Shown here piece by piece: positions 1-10,132 of a stretch of 64,000 nt of DNA (positions are counted from its first letter, which is position 1; every line of letters begins with the position of its first letter). The position numbers and the translations under genes are program-made. Source of the DNA: Candidatus Omnitrophota bacterium (GTDB lineage: Bacteria; Omnitrophota; Gorgyraeia; Gygaellales; Profunditerraquicolaceae); the NCBI GenBank assembly GCA_041661605.1, contig JBAZUE010000001.1, positions 670,928-734,927 of the forward strand. The letters run 5' to 3'. The notes under the pieces were generated by a model. It was not told the DNA's origin. It searched no databases and was given only the letters and a program-made list of their open reading frames with translations.

Positions 1-738
1 CTTCAGGATACGATTGTTAATATGCTGTATAGGCAAATCGATATATTTACATACCTGTTCATTCGCCCTGACTAATTCCAGCAATTCATCGCTTACTCGC
101 TCAGGATTTAGATATAAAAGACGGATCCAGCCGATATCAGGCGCATTACGGATTATTTTTTTTAAAAGCCCGGCTAATTGGCTCTTGCCGCATAAATCCA
201 GCCCATAGCCGGTAATATCCTGTCCGATGATATTAAGCTCGGATATCTTTTCCCGGTTAAAACGTTTTACCTTCCGGATTATCGAGCTCTCATCCAGGCT
301 GTTAAGCTTGCCTTTAATCTTAGGGATGATACAATAGCTGCAGTTATTTACACAGCCTTCGCATATTTTCAAATAAGCGTAGTGTTTCGGTGTTAAAGCA
401 AACCTTTTTGTTTCATGGTTGAGTCCAAGGGCCCCCACGAAGGCGTCTATCTCCGGCAGCTCTTTATTTAAATCTTTGTAACGCTGGGCAAGGCAGCCAT
501 AAACAATTATTTTCTTAAGTTTCCCCTTCTTTTTAAGCTCTATCAAATCCAGGATAGCATCAACCGATTCACGCCTTGCCTCTTCAATAAAAGCGCAGGT
601 ATTCACCAAAACCACTTCGGCTTCCGCGATATCATCAACTATAGAATAACCCTTGGAATTAAGCCGGCCAAGCAAGCTTTCGGAATCCACCAGGTTCCTC
701 GGACAGCCTAAACTCAATACCCCCAACTTCTGTTTCAT
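1..738 (-). CDS. rimO: Radical-SAM methylthiotransferase, RimO-like (N-terminal 246 codons; 3' end lies beyond the window start)
   Basis: Not in the ORF track because it runs off the edge. My translation from ATG at 738: MKQKLGVLSLGCPRNLVDSESLLGRLNSKGYSIVDDIAEAEVVLVNTCAF..., later CEGCVNNCSYC (CxxxCxxC radical-SAM triad). ATGA overlap with the stop of the upstream gene (735-737). The RimO vs MiaB choice rests only on N-terminal resemblance. Confidence 0.8.
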   Translation of the reverse strand, partial: MKQKLGVLSLGCPRNLVDSESLLGRLNSKGYSIVDDIAEAEVVLVNTCAFIEEARRESVDAILDLIELKKKGKLKKIIVYGCLAQRYKDLNKELPEIDAFVGALGLNHETKRFALTPKHYAYLKICEGCVNNCSYCIIPKIKGKLNSLDESSIIRKVKRFNREKISELNIIGQDITGYGLDLCGKSQLAGLLKKIIRNAPDIGWIRLLYLNPERVSDELLELVRANEQVCKYIDLPIQHINNRILK

Positions 739-1568
739 CGGGAGATTTTTAACCCCTCTTTGCTAATAATGATATTCTTTAAAGACTGTCCGCGCCGCCC
801 AAGTTTGGTAAAACGCTGATCATTAACCTGCAATTCTATTGCCCCGGCATCTCCGAGAGACAATTCGATTCTTTCTTTAGCCTGCCAGGTTTCGGATCTG
901 CCGCGGCCAAGCACCCCATGAAAAACAACTTTGCCGTCTATCTTTGCCGAAACCCAGGATTTATCACGGGCAAATATCCCAAATATAAAACCCTGAGTAA
1001 AATCTTTCTGAACCTTATCCTGCTTAGGGATGTTTTTTACCGAAGATTTATTTATTGTTTCTTTGGGCAGGAGTTCACGGGTAATTTTAGTCTTTTGAAC
1101 AGGCATAGAAATCCTGGCTTTTGCCGGGGCATTCCTGTGCCAGGAAGAAACCAGCTTAACCAGTTTACCCGCTAAGAATATAGAAACAACCACGATTACC
1201 GCAAATAAAATTATTTTCTTAAATCCCTCCGAAGGCCTGATCGCGCTAAGCTTAACCGCAACCTCTTTAACCAAAGCAGGTTTTTTCTCAACACGCTCTC
1301 CTATATCCCTGCCAACTGCGGCATTTAATACCGGCTTATGGGGCTGGATAGTTTCACCCAAATACTCTTTAAGATCAAGCCCAAGGTAATTACAGTAAAT
1401 CTTAATAAAACCCTTAAGATAAATCGGGTTTAAATTAGAAATGCTATCGCCTTCAATCGCACGCAAGACATTAATATGGATTTTAGTCTTTTTTTGGATA
1501 TCCTCCAGGCTCAAGCCCCTTTCCTGGCGGATTTTCTTTAACCGGGAACCGGCTGTTTCAATGTTCAT
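735..1568 (-). CDS. rodZ: RodZ-like cytoskeleton/shape protein (HTH + TM + DUF4115-like C-terminus)
   Basis: N-terminal XRE-type HTH (LKKIRQERGLSLEDIQKKTKIHINVLRAIE), one central TM (IILFAVIVVVSIFLAG), beta-rich C-terminal domain; 4-nt overlaps with both neighbours. Confidence 0.7.
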   Translation of the reverse strand: MNIETAGSRLKKIRQERGLSLEDIQKKTKIHINVLRAIEGDSISNLNPIYLKGFIKIYCNYLGLDLKEYLGETIQPHKPVLNAAVGRDIGERVEKKPALVKEVAVKLSAIRPSEGFKKIILFAVIVVVSIFLAGKLVKLVSSWHRNAPAKARISMPVQKTKITRELLPKETINKSSVKNIPKQDKVQKDFTQGFIFGIFARDKSWVSAKIDGKVVFHGVLGRGRSETWQAKERIELSLGDAGAIELQVNDQRFTKLGRRGQSLKNIIISKEGLKISR

Positions 1569-3736
1569 GTTTTACCACCTGTCAAATCTCTAAGCCATGC
1601 CTCACGATCAACTAAGATCCTGCGCGGCTTACTACCCTCATACGGACCGACTAAACCTTCTAACTCCATAATATCTATAATACGCGCGGCGCGCGTATAG
1701 CCTAAACGCATGCGTCTTTGTAATATGGAAACCGAAGCCTGGTTACTTTCCATTATTACGCGCACCGCCTCATCATAAAGCTCATCTTTATCCCCGCCTC
1801 CGGCTAAATTGTTTTTTTGCTGCTCCTTAAGTATATGATCATTATAAGCCGGCTCGCCCTGCGCCTTAATGAAGCCCACCACCCTTTCGATCTCCTCATC
1901 TTTAACCAGGGCTCCCTGGATACGGATAAGATCTTCTTTACCGGGTTGCAGGAATAACATATCCCCTTTACCCAATAAAGTCTCCGCTCCATTCATATCC
2001 AAAACTGTGCGAGAATCAACTTTAGAAGCAACCTTAAAAGATATACGCGCCGGTAAATTTGCTTTAATTACTCCGGTGATTACATCAACGCTCGGCCGCT
2101 GCGTAGCTAAAATCAAATGTATCCCTACTGCGCGCGACAGCTGCGCCAGGCGGGTAATCGCGTTTTCAATCTGATCACGCGCCACTGTCATTAAATCAGC
2201 GAATTCATCTACAATAACTATGATATAAGGGATTTTCTCCTGCTTCTCATTGTAGGCCTCAATATTCCTGGCTCCTGCCTTAGCCAAAAGCTGATAACGC
2301 TCCTCCATTTCTCCTACTACCCAATTAAGAGCGATCGCCGCTTTCTTGGCATCGGTGACCACCGGGCATAAAAGATGCGGCAGCCCGTTAAAAGGCATAA
2401 GCTCAACCATTTTCGGATCAATCATTAAAAACTTCAATTCATTCGGTGAGCCCCTGAAAAGCAAAGATAAAATACAGGTATTTACGCATACGGTTTTTCC
2501 TGAACCGGTGGTGCCGGCAATTAAAAGATGCGGCATATCATCCAAATCTCCAAACACGCTTCTTCCGGTAATATCCTTGCCTAAAGCCAAAGCTAAAGAA
2601 GATTTTTGCTTGTGATATTCAGCTGAAACAAGCAGATCTTTGATGCATACTAAAGCACTGTGTAAATTAGGCACCTCAACCCCAACCCGGCCTTTTCCAG
2701 GAATAGGAGCGATGATCCTGACTGACTGGGCTTTAATTGCCAGGGCTATATCATCGCTTAAAGCCTCAATACGGTTAATCTTGACTCCCGGCGCAGGTTC
2801 AAGTTCATAACGCGTAATTACCGGACCGCGGATAATATCCGTAACCTTGGCCATAATCCCAAAATCTGACAACGTATCCTCAAGAATCCTGGCGCTGGCC
2901 TCAAGGTCTTCCTTCATTTGCCTGGTATCCGGGGCCGGGGCCTCTTCCAGCAAATCCACGGAAGGCAAATGATAGTCACCAATCTTTAATTCCTTTGCCT
3001 TAACCTTTACTTCCTCGCCTTGCTGAGGAGATTTAATTTGTATCTTCGGCCTGGTTGCTTCAGGCATAAAAATCTTGGGCTTTGAAGCCGCGGGCAGCTG
3101 CTCTTCTTTCTTAAACGGAAGTTTATTTTTATTCAAGAAACCCTGTTTAACCTTAACCAGCGTCGCTTTTTGCCTGTTGGATAAATTGAACAGTCCAGAA
3201 AAAAATGATTTTGATTTCTCAAGCGTATTCAGAAAAAGGGAGGAAATGAGAATTTCAGTAACCAACGCCAGAGAAAGGATAATGAAGGTAATAAAAATAA
3301 TGAATCCGCCTAAGCGGCTGAAATATGAGGTTACAAAATTAGAGGTAAGCGCGCCTAAGAAACCTGCCGTATGGAACCTTAAGAGATCATTATTTAAGTT
3401 AAACATACCGATAAGGGAGCTTAAAGAAACAAGCAATATGAACATCCCCATAATGCGCGGTATACTCAAGTAAGGCTTATCCTGACGGAAGTATGTTATC
3501 CCGAGCGTAATAACTAAAAACGGAATAATAAAGCTTGAGATATTACCGAAGAGGAAAACAAGAAAAGCGCCTAAATAGGCGCCGAAGACTCCCAACAAGT
3601 TTTTAGGGGGGAAATTAGGATGCGAGGTAAAAAAAACAAGGTCAGCGCGGTCAAAGCGGATGAGGCTGGCCAAAACCATCAGCCCAACCGCTACTAAAAT
3701 AACGCCTTTGACCTCATTTAATCTTCTTTCTCTCAC
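1565..3736 (-). CDS. ftsK: DNA translocase FtsK/SpoIIIE
   Basis: N-terminal multi-TM region, linker, motor domain with Walker A GTTGSGKT and Walker B IVIVDEFADL, C-terminal gamma wHTH (ASVSILQRRMRLGYTRAARIID). Confidence 0.95.
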   Translation of the reverse strand: MRERRLNEVKGVILVAVGLMVLASLIRFDRADLVFFTSHPNFPPKNLLGVFGAYLGAFLVFLFGNISSFIIPFLVITLGITYFRQDKPYLSIPRIMGMFILLVSLSSLIGMFNLNNDLLRFHTAGFLGALTSNFVTSYFSRLGGFIIFITFIILSLALVTEILISSLFLNTLEKSKSFFSGLFNLSNRQKATLVKVKQGFLNKNKLPFKKEEQLPAASKPKIFMPEATRPKIQIKSPQQGEEVKVKAKELKIGDYHLPSVDLLEEAPAPDTRQMKEDLEASARILEDTLSDFGIMAKVTDIIRGPVITRYELEPAPGVKINRIEALSDDIALAIKAQSVRIIAPIPGKGRVGVEVPNLHSALVCIKDLLVSAEYHKQKSSLALALGKDITGRSVFGDLDDMPHLLIAGTTGSGKTVCVNTCILSLLFRGSPNELKFLMIDPKMVELMPFNGLPHLLCPVVTDAKKAAIALNWVVGEMEERYQLLAKAGARNIEAYNEKQEKIPYIIVIVDEFADLMTVARDQIENAITRLAQLSRAVGIHLILATQRPSVDVITGVIKANLPARISFKVASKVDSRTVLDMNGAETLLGKGDMLFLQPGKEDLIRIQGALVKDEEIERVVGFIKAQGEPAYNDHILKEQQKNNLAGGGDKDELYDEAVRVIMESNQASVSILQRRMRLGYTRAARIIDIMELEGLVGPYEGSKPRRILVDREAWLRDLTGGKT

Positions 3737-3743
3737 TTCTAGA

Positions 3744-5825
3744 TTAACTGCTTTGTTCAGCCTGCTTTTTGCTTAAATTAATCCGGCCCAGCTCATCTAC
3801 TCCGATAACCTTGACCTTAAATTCATCGCCGACCTTGACCGCGTCCTCAACCTTCTTCACAAAAGTGCTGGACAATTCAGAAACATGCACCAGCCCTTCT
3901 TTACGCGGGGCTATTTCTACAAAAACTCCAAACGGCATAATGCGTTTTACCTTGCCGAAATAAATCTTGCCTACTTCCACATCATCAGTAATTGCCCTGA
4001 TCATTTTAATGGCGGCATCGGATTTACCCGCGTCGGTTGAACCGACCAAAACTGTACCGTCATCTTTTATATCAATACTGGCGCCTGTAGAGGCAATTAT
4101 AGCCTTGATGTTTTTGCCTCCCGGACCGATAAGTTCGCCGATTTTCTCGGTATTAATCTTTAAAACATCAATACGCGGGGCAAAACTGGAAAGCTCTTCT
4201 CTTGGGCTGTTTAACGCGGAGCTCATTTTATCCAGAATAAAGAATCTGGCCTCTTTGGACTGCGCCAGGCAATCCTTAAGCAGGTCTAAGCTGATCCCGT
4301 CAATTTTAAGATCCAGTTGCACGGCAGTAACTCCCTGCCTGGTCCCTGCGACTTTAAAATCCATATCGCCAAAATGATCCTCTAACCCGGCGATATCCGT
4401 CAAGATTGTCGCTTTATTGCCTTCTTTAACTAAACCTAAGGCAACTCCGCCTACGGCTTCTTTAATCGGTACTCCGGCATCCATTAAAGACAGGGTAGCA
4501 GCACACACAGAAGCCATGCTGCTTGAACCGTTGGATTCCAAAATCTCGGAAACTACTCTTATAGTATAAGGGAACTTTTCTTTTGACGGCATTACCGCAA
4601 GCAATGCCTTTTCCGCTAAAGCTCCATGGCCAATCTCACGCCTGCCGGGACTGCGCACAGGCCTTGTTTCTCCAACACTGAAAGAAGGAAAATTATAATG
4701 CAACATGAAAGATTTCTTTTTCTCGCCCTCCAACGACTCAATCAACTGCTCATCTTCACCTGTGCCTAAAGTAGTCACAGCTAAACTCTGAGTCTGGCCG
4801 CGGGTAAAAAGGCTTGAGCCATGTGTACGCGGAAGAACCGAAACCTCGCAGCTGATCGGACGGATCTCTTTAAAGGAACGGCCGTCAATGCGGATGTTTT
4901 CTTTAGAGATCATCTTACGCACCTGCTTTTTCTCTACTTCATGCAAACCGGTATGGATATCTTCCGCCAGGAAACCTTCAGCAGTTAATTGTAATTCCAA
5001 CTCCTTAGTCAAGAGAGCAACCTCTTCTTCGCGCTCTTCCTTTTTGCTTAATTTATATACTTTGGCTAATTTTTCCTGAGAAAGCGATTCAATTTTCTGC
5101 ATTAGAGCCGGATCAATTAATTTAAGCTCAACCTTTGCCTTCTCCGCGCCATAAAGCCGGCAGAATTCCTCCTGCATGCTGATTATAGGCTTTAAGCTCT
5201 CCACTCCGAATTTTACCGCCTCAAGATACACCTCCTCGGAAACCTCTTTAGCTTTTGATTCAAGCATGACTACGCCTTTGCTATTACCGGCTAAGACTAC
5301 CTCTAAATCTGAATCCGCAAGTTCCGCGAAAGTAGGATTTAAAACAAATTCATTATTTATCCTGGCTACCCGGCAACTGGCTAAAGGCCCATTAAAAGGA
5401 ATATCTGAAATTGATAAAGCCGCGCTTGCCCCGATCAAAGCCAGGACATTCGGATCATTCTCCCCGTCGCTTGAGAGAACAATCGCCATAACCTGAACTT
5501 CATTTAAGAATCCTTCGGGAAATAACGGCCGGATTGGACGGTCAATAAGACGGGATCCTAAAATTTCATTTTCTGAAGGCCTGCCTTCACGTTTAAAAAA
5601 TCCTCCGGGGATGCGGCCTGCGGCATAGGTTTTCTCCTGGTACTCTACAGTTAAAGGGAAGAAGTCCTGGCCTTCTCTTATTTCTCTGGACATACAGGCA
5701 GTGACCAAAATCACGGTTGCCCCGTAAGTAACAGTAACTGAACCATTAGCCTGCTTAGCGATCCTGCCGGTTTCCAGGATAAGATCATTTTTGCCAAATT
5801 TAATTTTCAAGCTTTTATTTTGCAT
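3744..5825 (-). CDS. pnp: Polyribonucleotide nucleotidyltransferase (PNPase)
   Basis: 693 aa; two RNase PH domains, KH (GPGGKNIKAI) and S1 (GKVKRIMPFGVFVEI) domains; follows rpsO as in the classical rpsO-pnp pair. Confidence 0.97.
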   Translation of the reverse strand: MQNKSLKIKFGKNDLILETGRIAKQANGSVTVTYGATVILVTACMSREIREGQDFFPLTVEYQEKTYAAGRIPGGFFKREGRPSENEILGSRLIDRPIRPLFPEGFLNEVQVMAIVLSSDGENDPNVLALIGASAALSISDIPFNGPLASCRVARINNEFVLNPTFAELADSDLEVVLAGNSKGVVMLESKAKEVSEEVYLEAVKFGVESLKPIISMQEEFCRLYGAEKAKVELKLIDPALMQKIESLSQEKLAKVYKLSKKEEREEEVALLTKELELQLTAEGFLAEDIHTGLHEVEKKQVRKMISKENIRIDGRSFKEIRPISCEVSVLPRTHGSSLFTRGQTQSLAVTTLGTGEDEQLIESLEGEKKKSFMLHYNFPSFSVGETRPVRSPGRREIGHGALAEKALLAVMPSKEKFPYTIRVVSEILESNGSSSMASVCAATLSLMDAGVPIKEAVGGVALGLVKEGNKATILTDIAGLEDHFGDMDFKVAGTRQGVTAVQLDLKIDGISLDLLKDCLAQSKEARFFILDKMSSALNSPREELSSFAPRIDVLKINTEKIGELIGPGGKNIKAIIASTGASIDIKDDGTVLVGSTDAGKSDAAIKMIRAITDDVEVGKIYFGKVKRIMPFGVFVEIAPRKEGLVHVSELSSTFVKKVEDAVKVGDEFKVKVIGVDELGRINLSKKQAEQSS

Positions 5826-5868
5826 TATTTTAGCTCTTTCTTTATTTAATAGGTGAAATGTTGGGGTC

Positions 5869-6138
5869 TTACTTTCTCAAGTGAAGTTTTCCCAAGACCT
5901 CTTCGTATTTCTTCAAATCCTTGTCCTTGAGATATTTGAGCAGGCTGCGGCGCCTGCCAACCAACAAGAGCAGGCCACGGCGAGAATGCAGATCCTTTTT
6001 ATGTGTTTTAAAATGATCGCCCAGACTATTGATTCTTTCCGTTAGAATGGCAATCTGAACTTCAGCAGAACCAGTATCCCTGGCATGCACCTTAAAATCA
6101 TTAATCAATTTTGCTTTCTTTTCCTTTACCAAAACCAA
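5869..6138 (-). CDS. rpsO: 30S ribosomal protein S15
   Basis: 89 aa, [46 protein letters not shown] signature. Confidence 0.97.
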   Translation of the reverse strand: MVLVKEKKAKLINDFKVHARDTGSAEVQIAILTERINSLGDHFKTHKKDLHSRRGLLLLVGRRRSLLKYLKDKDLKKYEEVLGKLHLRK

Positions 6139-6212
6139 TTTTCTTCCCTCTCTTTCTAATTCTTGATATTATATTATAAGTAACTCAGCAAGTCAATAAA
6201 TTTAATAAAAAG

Positions 6213-6338
6213 CTATTTTCTATTCAACAACTCAATTATCTTATCCAGCTTCTGGAGGACTGAGACGCTGAAATATACCAGCCAAATCGTCAAGGCCAAT
6301 GAAATCAACCCGCTCACGAAACCTGCACCGTAACCCAT
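6213..6338 (-). CDS. Small hydrophobic protein, 41 aa (not in ORF track)
   Basis: My translation: MGYGAGFVSGLISLALTIWLVYFSVSVLQKLDKIIELLNRK*, preceded by AAAAGGAGAattgtATG; one TM helix; fills an otherwise empty 260-nt gap. Confidence 0.5.
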   Translation of the reverse strand: MGYGAGFVSGLISLALTIWLVYFSVSVLQKLDKIIELLNRK

Positions 6339-6401
6339 ACAATTCTCCTTTTAGATATCTCAATAACTTAAGTATTTATTTATTCTATCACAAGAAAATA
6401 G

Positions 6402-6842
6402 TTATGCAATCTCAATTTCGCGGATTTTTCTACGCGTAGATTTCTTTACCGAATGCCGGCGCTTCCCCTCAAGGATCCTTAATTTAACACCCTTGGGTTT
6501 CTTGCGGCTCTGGCGCATAGCCTTTGCCTTAAAAGACTGTTTTTGCAAAAGGTCATGCTTAATCCTGTTTTCAATTTTACTTAAAAGAATATGTCTGGCC
6601 AGATTCCGGTTGAGCAATTGAGAACGCTGGCGCTGGCATTTTACCTCCAAGCCCGTAGGCAAATGTTTCAAATATACGCAGGTAGCAGTCTTATTAACAT
6701 TCTGGCCTCCGGGCCCGCTTGAACGGATAAAACTTTCCACAATGTCTTCCTCGCGCACCCTCAAAGCAAGCATCTTTTTCTCTAAGGCTGTCATATCTTT
6801 AGTATCAATTGCCATAGGACCACCCTCACTTTTCGCCTTCAT
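6402..6842 (-). CDS. arfB: ArfB-like GGQ-domain peptidyl-tRNA hydrolase (alternative ribosome rescue factor)
   Basis: 146 aa; class-I release-factor GGQ motif (SSGPGGQNVNKTATCV) plus a lysine/arginine-rich C-terminal tail, with no codon-recognition domain. Confidence 0.7.
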   Translation of the reverse strand: MKAKSEGGPMAIDTKDMTALEKKMLALRVREEDIVESFIRSSGPGGQNVNKTATCVYLKHLPTGLEVKCQRQRSQLLNRNLARHILLSKIENRIKHDLLQKQSFKAKAMRQSRKKPKGVKLRILEGKRRHSVKKSTRRKIREIEIA

Positions 6843-6866
6843 ATCCTTGCTGTTAGCAAACAGGCA

Positions 6867-7544
6867 TCAACCGGCTATCTCAGCATCAATCTTCTTGATT
6901 AAAACATCCAGCTCTTTAATCAAAGGCATAGGAAGCATTTTCAAAACCTCCGCTTCCTGTTTCAACATACGCAACTGGCCTAATATTCTTCTGGCAAGAG
7001 CCAGCTTCCTTTTCTCCTGCGCCTCCTCCGGATCCAGTTCCTGGCGCTGCCTGATAATTACACCAAGGTTCTTCTTTAGCTCCTGAGCGTCCCTGCCCTT
7101 TTCAAAAATCTCTTTTTTAAGGTTCTTGTAATCATCCTCATCCAATACTTTTTTATTCTTTGCCTGGCGCAGTATATCCACTGACTCATAACTGGGAATA
7201 TTGGCGGCCTGGCTTTCTTGCGCATAATCGCTTTTTAAATACTGAGGCTCTTCTTTTTCCAGGAAATAATACGACTTAAGCAGTTTCATTGCTGTCTGTT
7301 TACGTATGCCTATCTCGCGGCTGACATAGATGTCAAAATTGACGTACCCCCACTCTTTATACATCTTGTCTTTCCAGACTGAATAAAGAGAGCGGCCCAG
7401 CTCAATCCAGGAACTCTTAAAGTTCTTGGCGCTTTCTAAAATATGGTAGCGCAAAGATCCGCTATCCAGATTTTCCATTTTTTCTTCGATGTTCCTCAAT
7501 GATTTTGTTTTTTGCTCATCCATAATTTTACGGCTACTTTCCAA
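6867..7544 (-). CDS. Hypothetical protein (225 aa), charged/coiled-coil C-terminal half
   Basis: Long ORF in the operon context, 11-nt overlap with the upstream gene; no motif I recognise. Confidence 0.55.
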   Translation of the reverse strand: MESSRKIMDEQKTKSLRNIEEKMENLDSGSLRYHILESAKNFKSSWIELGRSLYSVWKDKMYKEWGYVNFDIYVSREIGIRKQTAMKLLKSYYFLEKEEPQYLKSDYAQESQAANIPSYESVDILRQAKNKKVLDEDDYKNLKKEIFEKGRDAQELKKNLGVIIRQRQELDPEEAQEKRKLALARRILGQLRMLKQEAEVLKMLPMPLIKELDVLIKKIDAEIAG

Positions 7545-8631
7545 ATATCTCTTTCAGCTCTTTACTATAACCCTTGAACTTTTCTATAACATTACTTACT
7601 TTATCGGCTATTTGCTGGGGAGACTGGCTGCTAAGATTCTTCATTGCCGCTTTTAAAATTATTTTTTGTAATTTATCCCGGCTTAAAGCCGGATTATCCA
7701 GTTTAGTTTCAATATTAAACACTAAATGCAGCTTGCCATCGGTATCGGTAAACAGGTCCAGGGCATTCTTTGCCAAATCCAGATCCAACTGCTGTTCCTC
7801 GGTTTTTTCATAAACAAGATTGGAGAGATTAAAATCCGTAACAATATTCAAAGCATTATTCCTGGCCTTAAAGGTTGAATCAAGGTTAAGTTTTGCCGAC
7901 AGGAGTTTTTTGTTTGAAATAAAATTTCCGTAGTAAGGGGAAAAATTAGTTACATCCAGGTCCTTAACAGCTAATTTGGCATCCATATCTTTAGCCAGAT
8001 AGTCAAACCATCCGGAGAATATAATTCCGCCAAGACCCTGGCCCGCGGGGCTTGAAAGCTGACAGCTTAAATTAAAATCCGTAGCCAGCGATGTCAAAGG
8101 GAGAGAAACCTTGGCAATGCTTATGTTCAACTTATCGACAATAACCTGAAATCCCGCAGCGCTTACTTTTCTATCCGTAAAAACTATTTTTCCATCCACA
8201 ACCTTAAGGCTGGTAGGATAAACTTCCGGCGGCTTGCCTTCCTGGCTTAAGGCCGGCAGGTTTAATTCTCCATCAGCTGACTGTTCGAGGTTAATCACCG
8301 GCTCGGTAATGGTTAAACCGTGGATAACTACCTTGCCGAATAACAAAGCGATTAAATTCGGCGAAAAGGATATTTTCTTTATATTCGCCAGGCTTCCAAT
8401 CTCCAGCTTCTCAAGGGTAATGGTAAAAGGCATGCTTAAACTTATTTTACCAAGGCTGGTCTTAACTTTTAGATTCTGCCGTATCTGGTCTTCAACAATC
8501 TTGGGCGCATAAACTGCGAATAGAACACTGGCAACAAGAAAAATAGCCACTAATATTACAATAATTATAAATAAAACTTTAAATATTTTATGCATATACG
8601 CCTCCCCTTGCAAATTCGCAAGTTTATTCAC
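7534..8631 (-). CDS. Membrane-anchored AsmA/DUF748-like envelope protein (tentative)
   Basis: N-terminal TM (VLFIIIVILVAIFLVASVLFAVY) then a long beta-rich region resembling AsmA-family N-termini. The true start may be the internal MHKIF (aa 13). Confidence 0.5.
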   Translation of the reverse strand: MNKLANLQGEAYMHKIFKVLFIIIVILVAIFLVASVLFAVYAPKIVEDQIRQNLKVKTSLGKISLSMPFTITLEKLEIGSLANIKKISFSPNLIALLFGKVVIHGLTITEPVINLEQSADGELNLPALSQEGKPPEVYPTSLKVVDGKIVFTDRKVSAAGFQVIVDKLNISIAKVSLPLTSLATDFNLSCQLSSPAGQGLGGIIFSGWFDYLAKDMDAKLAVKDLDVTNFSPYYGNFISNKKLLSAKLNLDSTFKARNNALNIVTDFNLSNLVYEKTEEQQLDLDLAKNALDLFTDTDGKLHLVFNIETKLDNPALSRDKLQKIILKAAMKNLSSQSPQQIADKVSNVIEKFKGYSKELKEIFGK

Positions 8632-9397
8632 TTGAACCTGTCTTTACCTCTTCCGCGTTAAGATTAAGGTTAAGAAATTCCTCATTTGTTGGCAGGCTTA
8701 AATAAAAATCCGCGGTCTCGTCAATTTCAATTTTTAAGTTGGAGGCCTGAAAATCCAATAAATGCCCGCCGCTTAATCTATCCTGGCTGATAAAATGCAG
8801 GTGATAACCTCCGACACTAAAATTTTTGGAATATTCCGGAGAGCGGAAACCCACCACGGTACCTTTTATATTATGGAATTCGAAGACTTTTTGCTCTTTA
8901 ACCGCCTGATCAAGTCCTGGATACGGCTTAGCCTGTTTAGGGACGCTTCTGGTTTTTATATATTTGAACATCCCGCTGATCTTCACGGCATAAAAAATAT
9001 TCTTTGAAGACAATAATTTATCCAAATACCCGCCTAGGTCCGCATAACTTAATTCATGATCAACAGTGAATGTTTTATCGGTATTAAAAAAGGTCATCTG
9101 CGCAAAGGGAATTCCGGCTGCCTCATTTACCGGATGAACCCGGCCGTCAACTTTAACCTGATAAAACAAGCCATCCAGGACAACCATCTCCCCCTCCAGG
9201 CCCTGAAAAGTACCTAATCCAAAATCCCCGTGCCGCTTAAGCGCGCGAAGCGTTTCCTGGCCGTCATAATCGCCGGCAGAAAGCGCCTGGATAGTCGATG
9301 CCTGATAAAGAACCTCCCTGTCCGGAAGATGGCTGCATCCAAGCAGGGTAAAAACAAAAACTATCAAAAATAACAAGTACGGTTTATTTACTAACAT
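8624..9397 (-). CDS. Alpha-acetolactate decarboxylase family protein with lipoprotein signal
   Basis: YQASTIQALSAGDYDG..FGLGTFQGLEGEMVVLDGLFYQV and GGYHLHFIS motifs typical of AlsD/BudA; N-terminus LFLIVFVFTLLGC resembles a lipobox. Confidence 0.8.
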   Translation of the reverse strand: MLVNKPYLLFLIVFVFTLLGCSHLPDREVLYQASTIQALSAGDYDGQETLRALKRHGDFGLGTFQGLEGEMVVLDGLFYQVKVDGRVHPVNEAAGIPFAQMTFFNTDKTFTVDHELSYADLGGYLDKLLSSKNIFYAVKISGMFKYIKTRSVPKQAKPYPGLDQAVKEQKVFEFHNIKGTVVGFRSPEYSKNFSVGGYHLHFISQDRLSGGHLLDFQASNLKIEIDETADFYLSLPTNEEFLNLNLNAEEVKTGSSE

Positions 9398-10121
9398 AGT
9401 TTATAGAAGAGGCACTTTCAATTTTGCTTCGCACAGTATCCCTGAGCAGGGCGAAATCTCCTGGGCCAAACCCATCAGTTTCTATAGCCGGCAGCACAAT
9501 AAGCTTAACCGAAACTTTAGCCTTAAAAATCCAGCTGCCTTTAGGAATCGCATCGCGCGTGCCGATTAAACAAATGGGCAGGATTGGCTTCTTCTCTTTA
9601 ATCGCCAGTTTAAAAGCCCCGTTTTGAAATTCATTCATCTTATCAGTTGCGCTGCGCGTGCCCTCCGGGAAGAATAATACGGACATATCTTTTTGCAGCC
9701 ACTGGCTTGCCTGATGATAAATCTCTTTTATACTCGAAAAATCACCACGCAATAGCCTGATATGCTTGATCAACCCAAGGCACCAGCCGATAAAAGGGAC
9801 TTTAAACAAACTTGCCTTGGCCACCCACTTAAACTGCATTTTAGTCTGGTAAAGCACCGCGATATCAGCCATACTCTGATGGTTAGAGATAATTACATAA
9901 GTCCTATTATGGTCTATATTCTCAAGCCCGCTCGTCTTTACACTCCAATAAGGATTTAAAGCAATTACCGCATCCGACCACCAAAAACACTGCGCGTGGG
10001 TGATTTTTTTCTTCTTATCGAAAGGAAAAAGCAGGATATTTAAGACAAAAACCACAAAAAAGAGCAGGATTGTCAATAACCCGCTGCCTAACCAGATTCC
10101 TATAGAAATAATCGCCTTCAT
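9384..10121 (-). CDS. plsC: 1-acyl-sn-glycerol-3-phosphate acyltransferase
   Basis: N-terminal TM, HX4D motif (NHQSMADI), FPEGTRS motif. Confidence 0.85.
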   Translation of the reverse strand: MKAIISIGIWLGSGLLTILLFFVVFVLNILLFPFDKKKKITHAQCFWWSDAVIALNPYWSVKTSGLENIDHNRTYVIISNHQSMADIAVLYQTKMQFKWVAKASLFKVPFIGWCLGLIKHIRLLRGDFSSIKEIYHQASQWLQKDMSVLFFPEGTRSATDKMNEFQNGAFKLAIKEKKPILPICLIGTRDAIPKGSWIFKAKVSVKLIVLPAIETDGFGPGDFALLRDTVRSKIESASSINYVSK

Positions 10122-10132
10122 ATTCTTAATTG

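Noticed and set aside
14-208. 64-aa plus-strand ORF at the window start.
   Set aside because: It is antisense to the clearly recognisable rimO-like coding sequence that occupies 1-738 on the minus strand.
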